In this document: positions 51,654 through 61,929 of the stretch, one piece after another
How the letters are laid out: each line of letters begins with the position of its first letter
Numbering within the stretch: the stretch's first letter is position 1
From: an uncultured Myxococcales bacterium
GTDB taxonomy: Bacteria > Myxococcota > UBA727 > JABDBI01
Direction: 5' to 3'
DNA: 64,000 nt
Assembly (NCBI GenBank): GCA_964385015.1
Contig: CAYLLS010000001.1
Coordinates: forward strand, 194,339-258,338
The notes under the pieces: generated by a model
What the model was told of the DNA's origin: nothing
The model's input: only the letters and a program-made list of their open reading frames with translations
Databases searched by the model: none
Made by a program: the position numbers and the translations under genes

Positions 51654-53105
51654 ATGTTTTTTAATAATATTGTCCGTTTTTTCTGGCCAGATATTAAAGA
51701 TGCAGAAATTAAAAAATTTGGTATTTTATCTATTACTTTGTTTTGTACTATAGGAGCTTATTGGCTTCTAAGACTTTTAAAAGACACTGTTTTTATGAAG
51801 ATTGCTTTTCCAATGACTTTAGGTTGGCCAGCTGAACAGGGGGCATTATTTCAACCATTAGCAAAAACTTTATCACCTTTAATTATTATATTTTGTGTAA
51901 TAATTTATTCTAAATTAGTAGACATGTTTGAAAAGCATAAGCTATTTTATGTAATATGTTCTTTTTATGTCATATTATTTGGCATGATATCTACTTTATT
52001 AGCATTTAGAGAAATGAATGGAGATGAAGCTTTAGGCAAAAATTTAATGGCTATAATAGGATGGTTAACATATTTTAGTATTGAAAGTTTTGGTTCAATT
52101 ACTATACCTATGTTTTGGTCTTTTGTTATTAGTATTACAGATTCAGAATCAGCTAAAACAGGATTTCCGTTTATTTTGGTAGGTGCCCAAATTGGAAGTA
52201 TAAGTGGGTCATTATTAAGTATTTTTTCAAAAGAAGTAGGTGGCGTATCAATATTATTTTTTGTAAGTACTGCTATTATATGTATTGTTATAGGATTAAT
52301 TTATATATTTATGAAAGTTATTCCTTCTGAACAAATGATGGATTCTAATATAAGCATAAAGAGAGTTAAAACAGTTAAGAAGAAAAAAGAAGGATTTGTT
52401 GCTGGGTTTTATAATGGCATATCTATTATTTTGAAAAATCCATATTTATTAGGTGTATTTGTTGTTTCTACAGTATATGAAGTAGTTGGAACTATTATAG
52501 ATTATCAAATGAAAAGACAAGCTTCTTTATCTGTTAATTTTATTGGTGAATCTGGATTTGCTAAATTTATGGGTATTTTCGGAGTAAGTGCTAATGGATT
52601 AAGTTTTTTATTAGCTTTATTAGGAACAAGTTACATTATGAAAAGATTTGGGTTAAAAATATGTTTATTTATTTTTCCAGTTATCTTGGGAATATCTATT
52701 ATATTTCTTTATTTATATTCAACCTTATTTTCTAATAATGCTGAAAATTTATTATGGGCTACTTTTTTTGTTATGATAGTATGCAAAGGGTTAACATATT
52801 CATTAAATAATCCTACTAAAGATATGATGTATATTCCTACTAGTAAGGCTGCTAGATATAAAGCTAAGGGATGGATAGAAATGTTTGGCGCTAGAACTGC
52901 AAAAATGGCAGGTTCTCAAGTTACAAATGTATTTAAAAGAGATGTAACAACATTATTAGTCTTTGGAACAATATTTTCTTTAGGTATTATTGCATTTTGG
53001 TTATTTGCTGCTTGGTATGTAGGCAAAAAAAATGCAGAATTATTAAGTGAAGGTAAAATTGTTTCTCAAGAGGGAATCGTATTAGCTTCTGATCATATAG
53101 AATAA
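51654..53105 (+). CDS. Nucleotide transport protein (NTT/TLC ATP/ADP translocase family)
   Basis: About 12 TM segments; EIKKF, LRLLKD, YSKLVD, IESFGS...FWSF, NPYL, YSLNNPTKDMMYIP...YKAKGWIEMFGARTAKMAG. Confidence 0.9.
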   Translation: MFFNNIVRFFWPDIKDAEIKKFGILSITLFCTIGAYWLLRLLKDTVFMKIAFPMTLGWPAEQGALFQPLAKTLSPLIIIFCVIIYSKLVDMFEKHKLFYVICSFYVILFGMISTLLAFREMNGDEALGKNLMAIIGWLTYFSIESFGSITIPMFWSFVISITDSESAKTGFPFILVGAQIGSISGSLLSIFSKEVGGVSILFFVSTAIICIVIGLIYIFMKVIPSEQMMDSNISIKRVKTVKKKKEGFVAGFYNGISIILKNPYLLGVFVVSTVYEVVGTIIDYQMKRQASLSVNFIGESGFAKFMGIFGVSANGLSFLLALLGTSYIMKRFGLKICLFIFPVILGISIIFLYLYSTLFSNNAENLLWATFFVMIVCKGLTYSLNNPTKDMMYIPTSKAARYKAKGWIEMFGARTAKMAGSQVTNVFKRDVTTLLVFGTIFSLGIIAFWLFAAWYVGKKNAELLSEGKIVSQEGIVLASDHIE

Positions 53106-53173
53106 TTTTTTATATATTATAATGTATTTAACATGTTGTTTTTTTTTAACATTAATATATAATAACATATATT

Positions 53174-54829
53174 ATGTGTAAATATTTAGTCACAGCAGCT
53201 CTTCCATATGCTAATGGACCTATACATTTAGGACATTTAGTCGAACATATACAAGTAAGTATTTTTGTAAATGCTTTAAAAATGTATAAACATGATGTAT
53301 TATGTGTTTGTGGAACTGATGCACATGGTACAGCTATTGAAATTGAATCTAATAAAAACAAAATAACACCAGAAGTGTTTATTGATAAATATAGACAATT
53401 ACATGAGAAGAGCTTGTTGGCTTTTAATATTAAATATGATGGTGGTTATGGTAGCACGCATACGAAAAAAAATAAAAAAAATGTTATTAACATATTTAAT
53501 TTATTAAGACAAAAGAAACATATTATACAAAAAGATATAATACAATGGTTTGATCCAAAAGTACAAAGATTTTTATCTGATAGATTAATTTTAGGAACAT
53601 GTCCAAAATGTTATACTAATGATCAATATGGTGATAACTGTGAAAAATGCGGTTCTACATATAATTCTATAGAATTAATTCATCCAAAAAGTTTGCTTAG
53701 TAATATAAAACCTATTTTAAAACATAGTAAACATTATTTTCTTAAATTAAATGATAATGTTGATGAATTAAAAAAATGGATATTTGACATGAGTAATGCT
53801 GGATTACTGAATAAGGATATTAAAAAATTTTTAATAACTTGGTTTAAATATGATTTAAAAGATTGGGACATAAGTCGTGATGCACCTTATTTTGGTTTTA
53901 ATATACCTGATGCAATTAATAGTTATATTTATGTATGGTTTGATGCCACTATAGGCTATATTAGTTTAACTGAATTAGCTGCAAAAAACAAAAATCGTGA
54001 TATTAGTCATTATTGGAAAGGGAAAGATAAGAACACACAAATAATTCATTTTATAGGAAAAGATGTTATTTATTTTCATATGTTATTTTGGCCTTCAATT
54101 TTAATTGCCTGTAATTATTCATTGCCAACTTCTGTTGTAGTTCATGGAATGCTGACGATTAATCATAAAAAAATGTCAAAATCTAGAAATACTTTTATAT
54201 TAGCAGATGATTTTTTAAAACATTTGCCATCTGAAGCATTGAGATATTATTTTGGATCTAAATTAAATTTTAATATAGAAGATATTGATTTAAATTTTTA
54301 TGATTTGCAAACAAAAATAAATAAAGATTTAATAGATAAGATTATTAATATCATAAGTAGAACTATTAATATGTTGCATCTTTATAACAATGCTAAATAT
54401 GGTGATATGGAAAATACATCTCATGATATTATAAAATATGTAATAAAAATTACTAATAAAGTCAAAACTTACTACATGTCATATGAATATAATAAAGTAA
54501 TATATTATGTATTAAAAATAGCTGATATAACTAATGGTTATCTACAAAAAAATGAACCTTGGAAAAATATTAAAAATAATTTTGATAAAACAATAAAACA
54601 AATTACAACAGCATTATGGTGCGGAAAAGTTGCAATTGCATTACTAAAACCAATAATTCCTAAATTAGCAGATAAAACAAAATTATTATTAAATATTCAT
54701 GATATATGGGATTTTGATAATATTTTATATAAATTACCTAAAAATCAAACTGTACAAAAATATAAAATATTATTTAATAAAATTGACACTAATGATATAG
54801 AAGCATTATTAAATTTATATAAAATATAA
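53174..54829 (+). CDS. metG: Methionine--tRNA ligase (no C-terminal EMAP domain)
   Basis: ALPYANGPIHLGH, GTDAHG, Zn knuckle CPKC...CEKC, WDISRDAPYFG, YVWFDA, KMSKS. Confidence 0.97.
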   Translation: MCKYLVTAALPYANGPIHLGHLVEHIQVSIFVNALKMYKHDVLCVCGTDAHGTAIEIESNKNKITPEVFIDKYRQLHEKSLLAFNIKYDGGYGSTHTKKNKKNVINIFNLLRQKKHIIQKDIIQWFDPKVQRFLSDRLILGTCPKCYTNDQYGDNCEKCGSTYNSIELIHPKSLLSNIKPILKHSKHYFLKLNDNVDELKKWIFDMSNAGLLNKDIKKFLITWFKYDLKDWDISRDAPYFGFNIPDAINSYIYVWFDATIGYISLTELAAKNKNRDISHYWKGKDKNTQIIHFIGKDVIYFHMLFWPSILIACNYSLPTSVVVHGMLTINHKKMSKSRNTFILADDFLKHLPSEALRYYFGSKLNFNIEDIDLNFYDLQTKINKDLIDKIINIISRTINMLHLYNNAKYGDMENTSHDIIKYVIKITNKVKTYYMSYEYNKVIYYVLKIADITNGYLQKNEPWKNIKNNFDKTIKQITTALWCGKVAIALLKPIIPKLADKTKLLLNIHDIWDFDNILYKLPKNQTVQKYKILFNKIDTNDIEALLNLYKI

Positions 54830-54832
54830 ATA

Positions 54833-56017
54833 TTATAAAAACATTTTTGTATTTAATATATAGTATTTGTTTAAATTATTATCATAACGCATCATATGCA
54901 TAGAGTTTCTATATATATAAAATATGGTATTATTTTGATATAAATTGATATCAACTTTTTGTTCTAATATTCCGGAATTTTTATTTATTATGATAAGCTT
55001 TAATTGTTTTGTTATACAAAATATATGATGTTTATGATTTATACATACTATGCGTATTATATTATTAATGTTTTTTTTCCATATAAATTTGCCATTTTTA
55101 ATATTAATATTGATTAATGCGTTTGTTGTAGATATAAAAATAAAATTATCATTAATTAATATATTATTAATACGTTTAAGATAAATTTTCCATATTTTTA
55201 TTATGTTTTTAGATATCAGCAATAACCCTTTATTATAAGAAGAACTAATTATATTATAATTTTTATATTGTTGATGATTAAATATATCTGCAAATATTAT
55301 GTTTATATAACTAATATTTAATGTTTTAATTATTTGACCTGATTGTGCATTTATAAAATTAATATTACCATTTGCGTTTGGGCATGATAATATTTTCATA
55401 ATTTTATTATTTAAATAAATTTTACTTATAATTGGACCATAGGTTGGCATTAATATCATTTTAGAATGATTATATTTTTTTTTGAACCACAATATTTTTC
55501 CATGATGTATATGAATTGCATAAATTGTAGATAATTTAGATATTACATATAAAATATTATTATCATTATATATATGATTTAAAATGTTGGAATCTAATTT
55601 AATAATCCATTTAATACTACACGTATTAATATCAATATTTATTAAAAATTGATTTCTTATAGTTATAAGAATTTGTTTTTTAAATAAAATTGGAATATTT
55701 GTTATATTCTTAAATAATTTATATAATTTTAATAGACTATTATTGCAATGTTTAAACATATATATTGTTTTATTTTGTATAATAATTAATTTTTTATGTT
55801 TATAATATAATTTTAAATTAAAATTTTTATTATAATTTACTTTTTTTATATATAAATTAAAAATAAATTTTTTTTTATTTAAATCTAAATAAGATTTATT
55901 GTCTAAAACATATATGTATTTCATATTTAATATGCAAAACATTAATATTATATATAAAGTATACTTATAATTTATTTTAGATAAAAACATAATATCCAAT
56001 AAATCCTTATATATCAT
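54833..56017 (-). CDS. PQQ-like beta-propeller repeat protein (BamB-like), extremely eroded
   Basis: Repeated blade signatures IYAI...GKILW, INAQSGQI, INIKNGKFIW, INKNSG; nearly all N/K/I/Y elsewhere. Confidence 0.6.
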   Translation of the reverse strand: MIYKDLLDIMFLSKINYKYTLYIILMFCILNMKYIYVLDNKSYLDLNKKKFIFNLYIKKVNYNKNFNLKLYYKHKKLIIIQNKTIYMFKHCNNSLLKLYKLFKNITNIPILFKKQILITIRNQFLINIDINTCSIKWIIKLDSNILNHIYNDNNILYVISKLSTIYAIHIHHGKILWFKKKYNHSKMILMPTYGPIISKIYLNNKIMKILSCPNANGNINFINAQSGQIIKTLNISYINIIFADIFNHQQYKNYNIISSSYNKGLLLISKNIIKIWKIYLKRINNILINDNFIFISTTNALININIKNGKFIWKKNINNIIRIVCINHKHHIFCITKQLKLIIINKNSGILEQKVDINLYQNNTIFYIYRNSMHMMRYDNNLNKYYILNTKMFL

Positions 56018-56023
56018 ATAATC

Positions 56024-56586
56024 TTAAATAATTATATATTTACGTATTATATGTTGAATTAATAAAATAGTATTATTTATATTATTATTTTTAATAACAT
56101 AATAATATTTGTTATATCCTATTAATATTTCTTTTTGTGCTGCTAAAATTCTTTCGTTAATTTTTACATGAGATTCAGTATTCCTGTATAATAATCTTTT
56201 TTTTAATTCATTAAAAGATGGAGGCAAAATTAAAATTAATAAAGTATTTTCATTTTTTTTTTAATTTGTATTCCACCATCTATACTAATATCAAATATAA
56301 TATGATATCCTTTATTTAACATTTTATTAACCCAAATTATATCTGATCCATATTTATATTGATACATAATAGACCATTCTAAAAATCTTTTCCCTATTAT
56401 CATATGATTAAAGTTATTGTCTGAAATAAAATAATAATCTCTCTTATCAATTTCTTTTTTACGATGTCTTCTAGTTGTATAACTAATGCTTTGTATAATA
56501 TTATTATACATATTTGTAATTAATCTAGATAAAGTTGATTTGCCTACGCCACTTGGGCCACTTAATATGATAGGTATGCCTTTCAT
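56024..56586 (-). CDS. gmk: Guanylate kinase split by a one-base frameshift in an A10 tract (56253-56262)
   Basis: 5' part GPSGVGKST, SYTTR, DYYF, FLEW, YGS; 3' part LILPPSFNELKKRL..R.TE...RI..A..E; adding one A joins them as QIKKKNENTLLILILPPS. Confidence 0.92.
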
Positions 56587-56653
56587 TGCAATCCTTTATA
56601 TATATTTAATTTATTGTTTTCTATACATAAATAATAAAATTTATATGATGATT

Positions 56654-57073
56654 TTAAAATATTTCATTATCTGTAAAAAAAAAATTGATTTCTTTTTTAG
56701 CATTGTGAACTGAATCTGATCCATGAATAATATTTTTTATTAAAGATGAAGCATAAGTTCTTCGTATAGTACCATATGAAGCATCAATATAATTTGTTGA
56801 TCCTATTAATTCTCTATGCTTTTGAATTACATTTTTACTTTGCAATACTAAAATTAAAATAGGCATGGAAGATATAAAATTGATTAATTCCAGAAAAAAT
56901 TTTTTTTCCTTATGCATAGAATAAAATAATTTTGCTTCTGAAGTGCTTAAATGTTTCATTTTAGCTGCAACAATAGAAAAATTATTTATTTCAAAACAAC
57001 TTATTATGTTACCAATAATTTTTTTTTTTATACCATCAGGTTTAATAATAGATAATGTTCTCTCGTTATTCAT
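56654..57073 (-). CDS. ndk: Nucleoside-diphosphate kinase
   Basis: ERTLSIIKPDG, FY..H..K.FF, GTIR, IHGSDS. Confidence 0.96.
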   Translation of the reverse strand: MNNERTLSIIKPDGIKKKIIGNIISCFEINNFSIVAAKMKHLSTSEAKLFYSMHKEKKFFLELINFISSMPILILVLQSKNVIQKHRELIGSTNYIDASYGTIRRTYASSLIKNIIHGSDSVHNAKKEINFFFTDNEIF

Positions 57074-57086
57074 AGAATATAATTCC

Positions 57087-58526
57087 TTATAAATTATTAA
57101 TATATTTTAATGCTACTTCAATTCTATAACAACATCTATATTTCCCTAAAATTAAAATCACAGGAAATAAAGGAGGAGTTGTTGTTGTCCCAGTTAAAAT
57201 TAGCCGCATAGTCATAAATAATGTTTTTTTTGATAGTTTATATATTTGACAACAACTATTAAAACAATATTTTATATTATACATATTAAATTCTGACCAT
57301 GTTTGCATTGTTTCTAATATTTGATTTAATATATTAATAGTATCATTTAAATTATTATTAATTAAACATAATTTATAGTTAATATTTAAATTATCAACAA
57401 AAAAATAATTAGTATAATTAATAAAATCTTCTATAGTATGCATTCGATATTTAACTAATGGTATAATTTGATTTAAATATGATTGTGATAAAATATTATT
57501 AAGCAAATATTTTGTAATTTGTTTATTAGTATATATGTTATGAATATATTGCTTATTTAACCACAATAACTTTTTAATATCAAATATTGGACCTCCTAAA
57601 GCAATTTTTTTTAATGAAAAATTATTAACAAAATATTTGAGATTAAAAATTTGTTTATTATCAATAAATGAAAAAGCCATTAAGCCTAAAAAATTTACCA
57701 TTACTTCTGGTAATATGCCTAAATGTTTATAATAAAAAATAGATGTTGGATTAATACTTTTTGATACTTTACTTCTATCATGATTTCGCAATAAAGGCAA
57801 ATGACAAAAATATGGTATTTTAAAATTCAAAAATTTATATAACAATACATGTTTAGGTGTAGAGCTAATCCATTCTTCTCCTCTAATAACATGTGTAATA
57901 TTCATTAAGTGATCATCTATTACATTAGCTAAATGATATGTTGGGAATCCATCATTTTTTAATAGAATTTGATCATCTAATTTATTATTATAAATACTTA
58001 TAGGACCTCTTAATATATCATAAAATATAGTTTTACCTATATTTGGTACTTTTAAACGAATCACTCCTAATGCACCATTAGAAATTTCATTATAAACATC
58101 AATATGAGATCTATATCTACAATATCCATCATATTTACTTGGTTGATTTGATTTTTGTTGTTTTAATTTTAATTTAGCTAATCTATTATATGAGCAACTA
58201 CACCAGTAAGCTTTATTTAATTTAATTAAATAATGTGCATATTTTTGATAAATATGTATTCTATTACTTTGTTGATATAACTTTGAATTGATATTTACGC
58301 CATCATCCCATGTCAACCCTAACCATATTAACGATTTTATAATGTTATATATACTATTATGCACTATATTCTTTTGATTGGTATCCTCTATGCGAAATAC
58401 AAATTTGCCATTATATTTCTTGGCAAAAGCATAATTGATAAGAGCTACATATCCAGTTCCTACATGAGGATCTCCTGTGGGAGATGGACCTATTCGTACT
58501 TTCACATCTTTATATTGATTTATCAT
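57087..58526 (-). CDS. gltX: Glutamate--tRNA ligase
   Basis: RIGPSPTGDPHVG, RIEDT, PTYHLANVIDDH, HVIRGEEW, KVSKS. Confidence 0.96.
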   Translation of the reverse strand: MINQYKDVKVRIGPSPTGDPHVGTGYVALINYAFAKKYNGKFVFRIEDTNQKNIVHNSIYNIIKSLIWLGLTWDDGVNINSKLYQQSNRIHIYQKYAHYLIKLNKAYWCSCSYNRLAKLKLKQQKSNQPSKYDGYCRYRSHIDVYNEISNGALGVIRLKVPNIGKTIFYDILRGPISIYNNKLDDQILLKNDGFPTYHLANVIDDHLMNITHVIRGEEWISSTPKHVLLYKFLNFKIPYFCHLPLLRNHDRSKVSKSINPTSIFYYKHLGILPEVMVNFLGLMAFSFIDNKQIFNLKYFVNNFSLKKIALGGPIFDIKKLLWLNKQYIHNIYTNKQITKYLLNNILSQSYLNQIIPLVKYRMHTIEDFINYTNYFFVDNLNINYKLCLINNNLNDTINILNQILETMQTWSEFNMYNIKYCFNSCCQIYKLSKKTLFMTMRLILTGTTTTPPLFPVILILGKYRCCYRIEVALKYINNL

Positions 58527-58552
58527 TCATCTTTTTTCTTTTTTAATTTATA

Positions 58553-59437
58553 TTATGTACCATATGTTAATAAAACTTTTTTTGTAATTAATCCAATATC
58601 AGATGGAGTATCCACTAATTTAATACCTGCATCTTTAAAGGCTAATTTTTTGCATAATGCAGTCCCTTCGCCCTTTGCAATAATAGCACCTGCATGGCCC
58701 ATTCTCTTATTAGAAGGCGCAGTCTCTCCAGCTATAAAACCTATTACTGGTTTTTTCATGTTGTCTTTTATCCATAAAGCAGCATTTTCTTCGGCATTTC
58801 CTCCAATTTCTCCTATTATTACCACTGCTTTAGTATCATCATCATTATTAAATTTTTCTAATATATCTATAAAGTTTGTTCCAAGAATAGCATCACCACC
58901 TATACCAACACATGTAGATTGACCTATATTTAAATTAGTTAATTGATGAACTGCTTCGTAAGTTAATGTCCCGGATCTAGAAACAACACCTACATTGCCT
59001 TTTTTATGTATATATCCTGGCATAATACCAATTTTACATTCATTAGGTGTAATAATTCCAGGGCAATTAGGACCAATTAATCTTGTATTACTAGATTTTA
59101 GTAATTTTATAACTTTTATCATATCTATAGTTGGAATCCCTTCAGTAATGCACACTATTAATTCTAATTTAGCTTCAATGCTTTCTATAATTGCATCTGC
59201 TGCTAGTGCAGCTGGTACATATATAATAGAAACATTAGCATTAGTTTCATCAATAGCATCACGTACTGAATTAAAAATAGGAATTTGATTATTAAATAAT
59301 TGTTTTTCTTTACCTGGTGTAATGCCACCTACAATATTAGTTTTATATTGCAACATTTGTAATGTATGAAAAGATCCAGATAATCCAGTAATCCCTTGTA
59401 CTAATACTCTAGTTGAAGAATCAATTAAAATACTCAT
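58553..59437 (-). CDS. sucD: Succinate--CoA ligase alpha subunit
   Basis: [41 protein letters not shown] (phospho-His). Confidence 0.98.
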   Translation of the reverse strand: MSILIDSSTRVLVQGITGLSGSFHTLQMLQYKTNIVGGITPGKEKQLFNNQIPIFNSVRDAIDETNANVSIIYVPAALAADAIIESIEAKLELIVCITEGIPTIDMIKVIKLLKSSNTRLIGPNCPGIITPNECKIGIMPGYIHKKGNVGVVSRSGTLTYEAVHQLTNLNIGQSTCVGIGGDAILGTNFIDILEKFNNDDDTKAVVIIGEIGGNAEENAALWIKDNMKKPVIGFIAGETAPSNKRMGHAGAIIAKGEGTALCKKLAFKDAGIKLVDTPSDIGLITKKVLLTYGT

Positions 59438-60597
59438 TATATCCTCGATGCTTTAACTGCTTTTAATGCTCCATCAAGCATATTATCTGCAGTAATAATA
59501 TTTAATTTAGAATTATTTAACATTTGTTTTGCTATTTTGCTATTTGTTCCCTCTAGTCTTACAATAAGTGGAATATTTATATTTAAATCTTTACTAGCCG
59601 AAATAACTCCATTTGCAATAGTGTCACATTTAGCTATGCCACCAAAAACATTAATAAATATAACTTTTACATTCTTATCTTGCATAATTAATTTTAAAGC
59701 CTGAGTAACTTTTAAAATAGTAGTGCTCCCTCCAACATCTAAAAAATTAGCTGGATTACCACCAACATATTTTATAATATCCATTGTAGCCATAGCTAAT
59801 CCAGCACCATTTACCATACATCCGATATTGCCATTTAAAGCAACATAGCTTATATCATATTTATGAGCTAATACTTCTTTATTATCATATTGTTTTGGAT
59901 CATACATATTTAAAATATTTGATTGTCTAAATAAAGCATTATCATCAATATTAAATTTAGCATCCAAAGCAATAAGTTCATTATTTTTTGTTACAATTAA
60001 AGGATTAATTTCAGCTAAACTTAAATCTAATACTATAAACATATTATATAAATTATAACATAATTCATGCATTGATTTTGAAATATTTTTATGTAATTTT
60101 AATTTTGAAAGAAAAAATCTTATTTGAAATGGCATTAATCCAATATTTGGATTAATCCATTGTTTTAATAGTTTATGTGGTTTTTCAATAGCAGTTTTTT
60201 CTATGTCTACTCCACCTTCATCTGACATAATAAGACAAATTTTTTGTTGTTCTCTATCTATAGTTAATCCAATATAAAACTCTCTAATCACATCACATAA
60301 CTCTTCTATCATAATCATGTTAACTAATTGACCATCAGAATTAGTTTGATGTGTAACTAATTTTTTATTCAATATTTGTTGATAATAGTTGATTACATCT
60401 TGTTTATTATGAGCTATTTTAATTCCTCCTACTTTACCACGTCCACCTGCATAAATTTGAGCTTTTAATATACATGGATATTTTATTTGTTTAGCAGCTT
60501 TTAACATTTCTTCTAAATTAAAACAAATATGATGATGTAAAATGTTTATTTTATGCTGTTTCAATATTTGTTTCGCTTGAAATTCATGTATTTTCAT
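59437..60597 (-). CDS. sucC: Succinate--CoA ligase beta subunit
   Basis: [52 protein letters not shown]. Confidence 0.98.
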   Translation of the reverse strand: MKIHEFQAKQILKQHKINILHHHICFNLEEMLKAAKQIKYPCILKAQIYAGGRGKVGGIKIAHNKQDVINYYQQILNKKLVTHQTNSDGQLVNMIMIEELCDVIREFYIGLTIDREQQKICLIMSDEGGVDIEKTAIEKPHKLLKQWINPNIGLMPFQIRFFLSKLKLHKNISKSMHELCYNLYNMFIVLDLSLAEINPLIVTKNNELIALDAKFNIDDNALFRQSNILNMYDPKQYDNKEVLAHKYDISYVALNGNIGCMVNGAGLAMATMDIIKYVGGNPANFLDVGGSTTILKVTQALKLIMQDKNVKVIFINVFGGIAKCDTIANGVISASKDLNINIPLIVRLEGTNSKIAKQMLNNSKLNIITADNMLDGALKAVKASRI

Positions 60598-60717
60598 AAA
60601 TTCATTCCTATGTATAATTAATATATGGTATTATACTAAAAAAAATATATATTACAATCTATTCTAAATAAATTATATTAAAATAGATGACTTTAACAAT
60701 AATATTATGGTCATATA

Positions 60718-61026
60718 ATGAAATTAAGAATTACAAGAGATAATATACGTTTTAGATTAAATCATTTTGATAAAATAATGTTAAAACGAGATAAATATAT
60801 ACAAGAACATATATTAATTGGATATAAAAAATATCACACATTTTATTTTACGTTAAAAATTAATATCAAATTTAATATAATGTTTAATGAAAACAACATT
60901 TATGTAACTATACCACATCATATGATTAAAAATCTCTATACATATGATTTTTATAGTATTAAAAAAAAAATCAAGTTTATAAAACAAAGATTTTTGATCA
61001 TTATAGAAAATGATTTTATAAAATAA
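60718..61026 (+). CDS. Conserved hypothetical protein
   Basis: MKLRI..DNIRFRL N-terminus and IIEND(F) C-terminus resemble a widespread uncharacterised family (MKxRIxxNSxRxRL...EKDF). Confidence 0.6.
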   Translation: MKLRITRDNIRFRLNHFDKIMLKRDKYIQEHILIGYKKYHTFYFTLKINIKFNIMFNENNIYVTIPHHMIKNLYTYDFYSIKKKIKFIKQRFLIIIENDFIK

Positions 61027-61041
61027 TAGTATTTTTCAAAA

Positions 61042-61926
61042 TTATCTTATATATTTTTTTACATATTCATAAATTTCTTTAGATTTATATGAGCTTCTCA
61101 TAAAAAAATGTGCAAATATACCTTGTAATCCTATTTTTTGTCCAAATTTAATCCAATTATGATATTGATTTAACATGATATAATTTTGTATTGGCCAATT
61201 TTTTAAACTTGGACGTAAATATTGTCCAATAATAACAATATTAACTCCATTTTTTTTTAAATAATATATACTTTCTTTTACTTCATCATTTGATTCTCCT
61301 AAGCCAACCATAAGACTACTTTTAATAAGTATATTTTTTTTTTTAGATGCTTTTTTTAATAATATACACGTATGTTCTAAATTAGATTGTGGACGTAATT
61401 TCTGAAATAAACTAAAAACTGTTTCTATATTATGACTTAATACATGAGGATTAGCTTGTAATATATAATCTATAAAATATAAATCACCATTAAAATCTGG
61501 GATCAAGATTTCTATAATAACATTAGGAAAAAATTTTTTAATTGCATTAATACATTTAATAAATTGATTAGCTCCATAATCTAATAAATCATCACGATTT
61601 ACACTTGTAATAACTATATAATTTAAATTCATATTTTTAATAGCATTTAAAACTTGAATATATTCATACTTATAAATAATATTTGCTTTTTTTGTTTGAA
61701 TAGAGCAAAAATTACATGTTCTAGTGCATTTGTCTCCTAAAATCATTAATGTTGCAGTATTTTTAGAAAAACATTCACCAATATTTATACAATGAGCATC
61801 TTCGCACACAGTATTTAAACTTAATTTTCGCAAAATATTTAATGTTTTATATTTTTTTTGTATGGTATATATATTTTTTTTTAAATATTTTGGCAATCTT
61901 AATTTATTATTTAATGTTTTATACAT
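61042..61926 (-). CDS. lipA: Lipoyl synthase
   Basis: TVCEDAHCINIGEC, CTRTCNFC, ITSVNRDDL, HNIETV, KSSLMVGLGE, GQYLRP, RSSY. Confidence 0.97.
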   Translation of the reverse strand: MYKTLNNKLRLPKYLKKNIYTIQKKYKTLNILRKLSLNTVCEDAHCINIGECFSKNTATLMILGDKCTRTCNFCSIQTKKANIIYKYEYIQVLNAIKNMNLNYIVITSVNRDDLLDYGANQFIKCINAIKKFFPNVIIEILIPDFNGDLYFIDYILQANPHVLSHNIETVFSLFQKLRPQSNLEHTCILLKKASKKKNILIKSSLMVGLGESNDEVKESIYYLKKNGVNIVIIGQYLRPSLKNWPIQNYIMLNQYHNWIKFGQKIGLQGIFAHFFMRSSYKSKEIYEYVKKYIR

Positions 61927-61929
61927 AAT

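Noticed and set aside
53129-53142. 14-mer TAACATGTTGTTTT shared with 14975-14988
   Set aside because: Only two copies of a low-complexity word in an AT-rich 64 kb; likely chance
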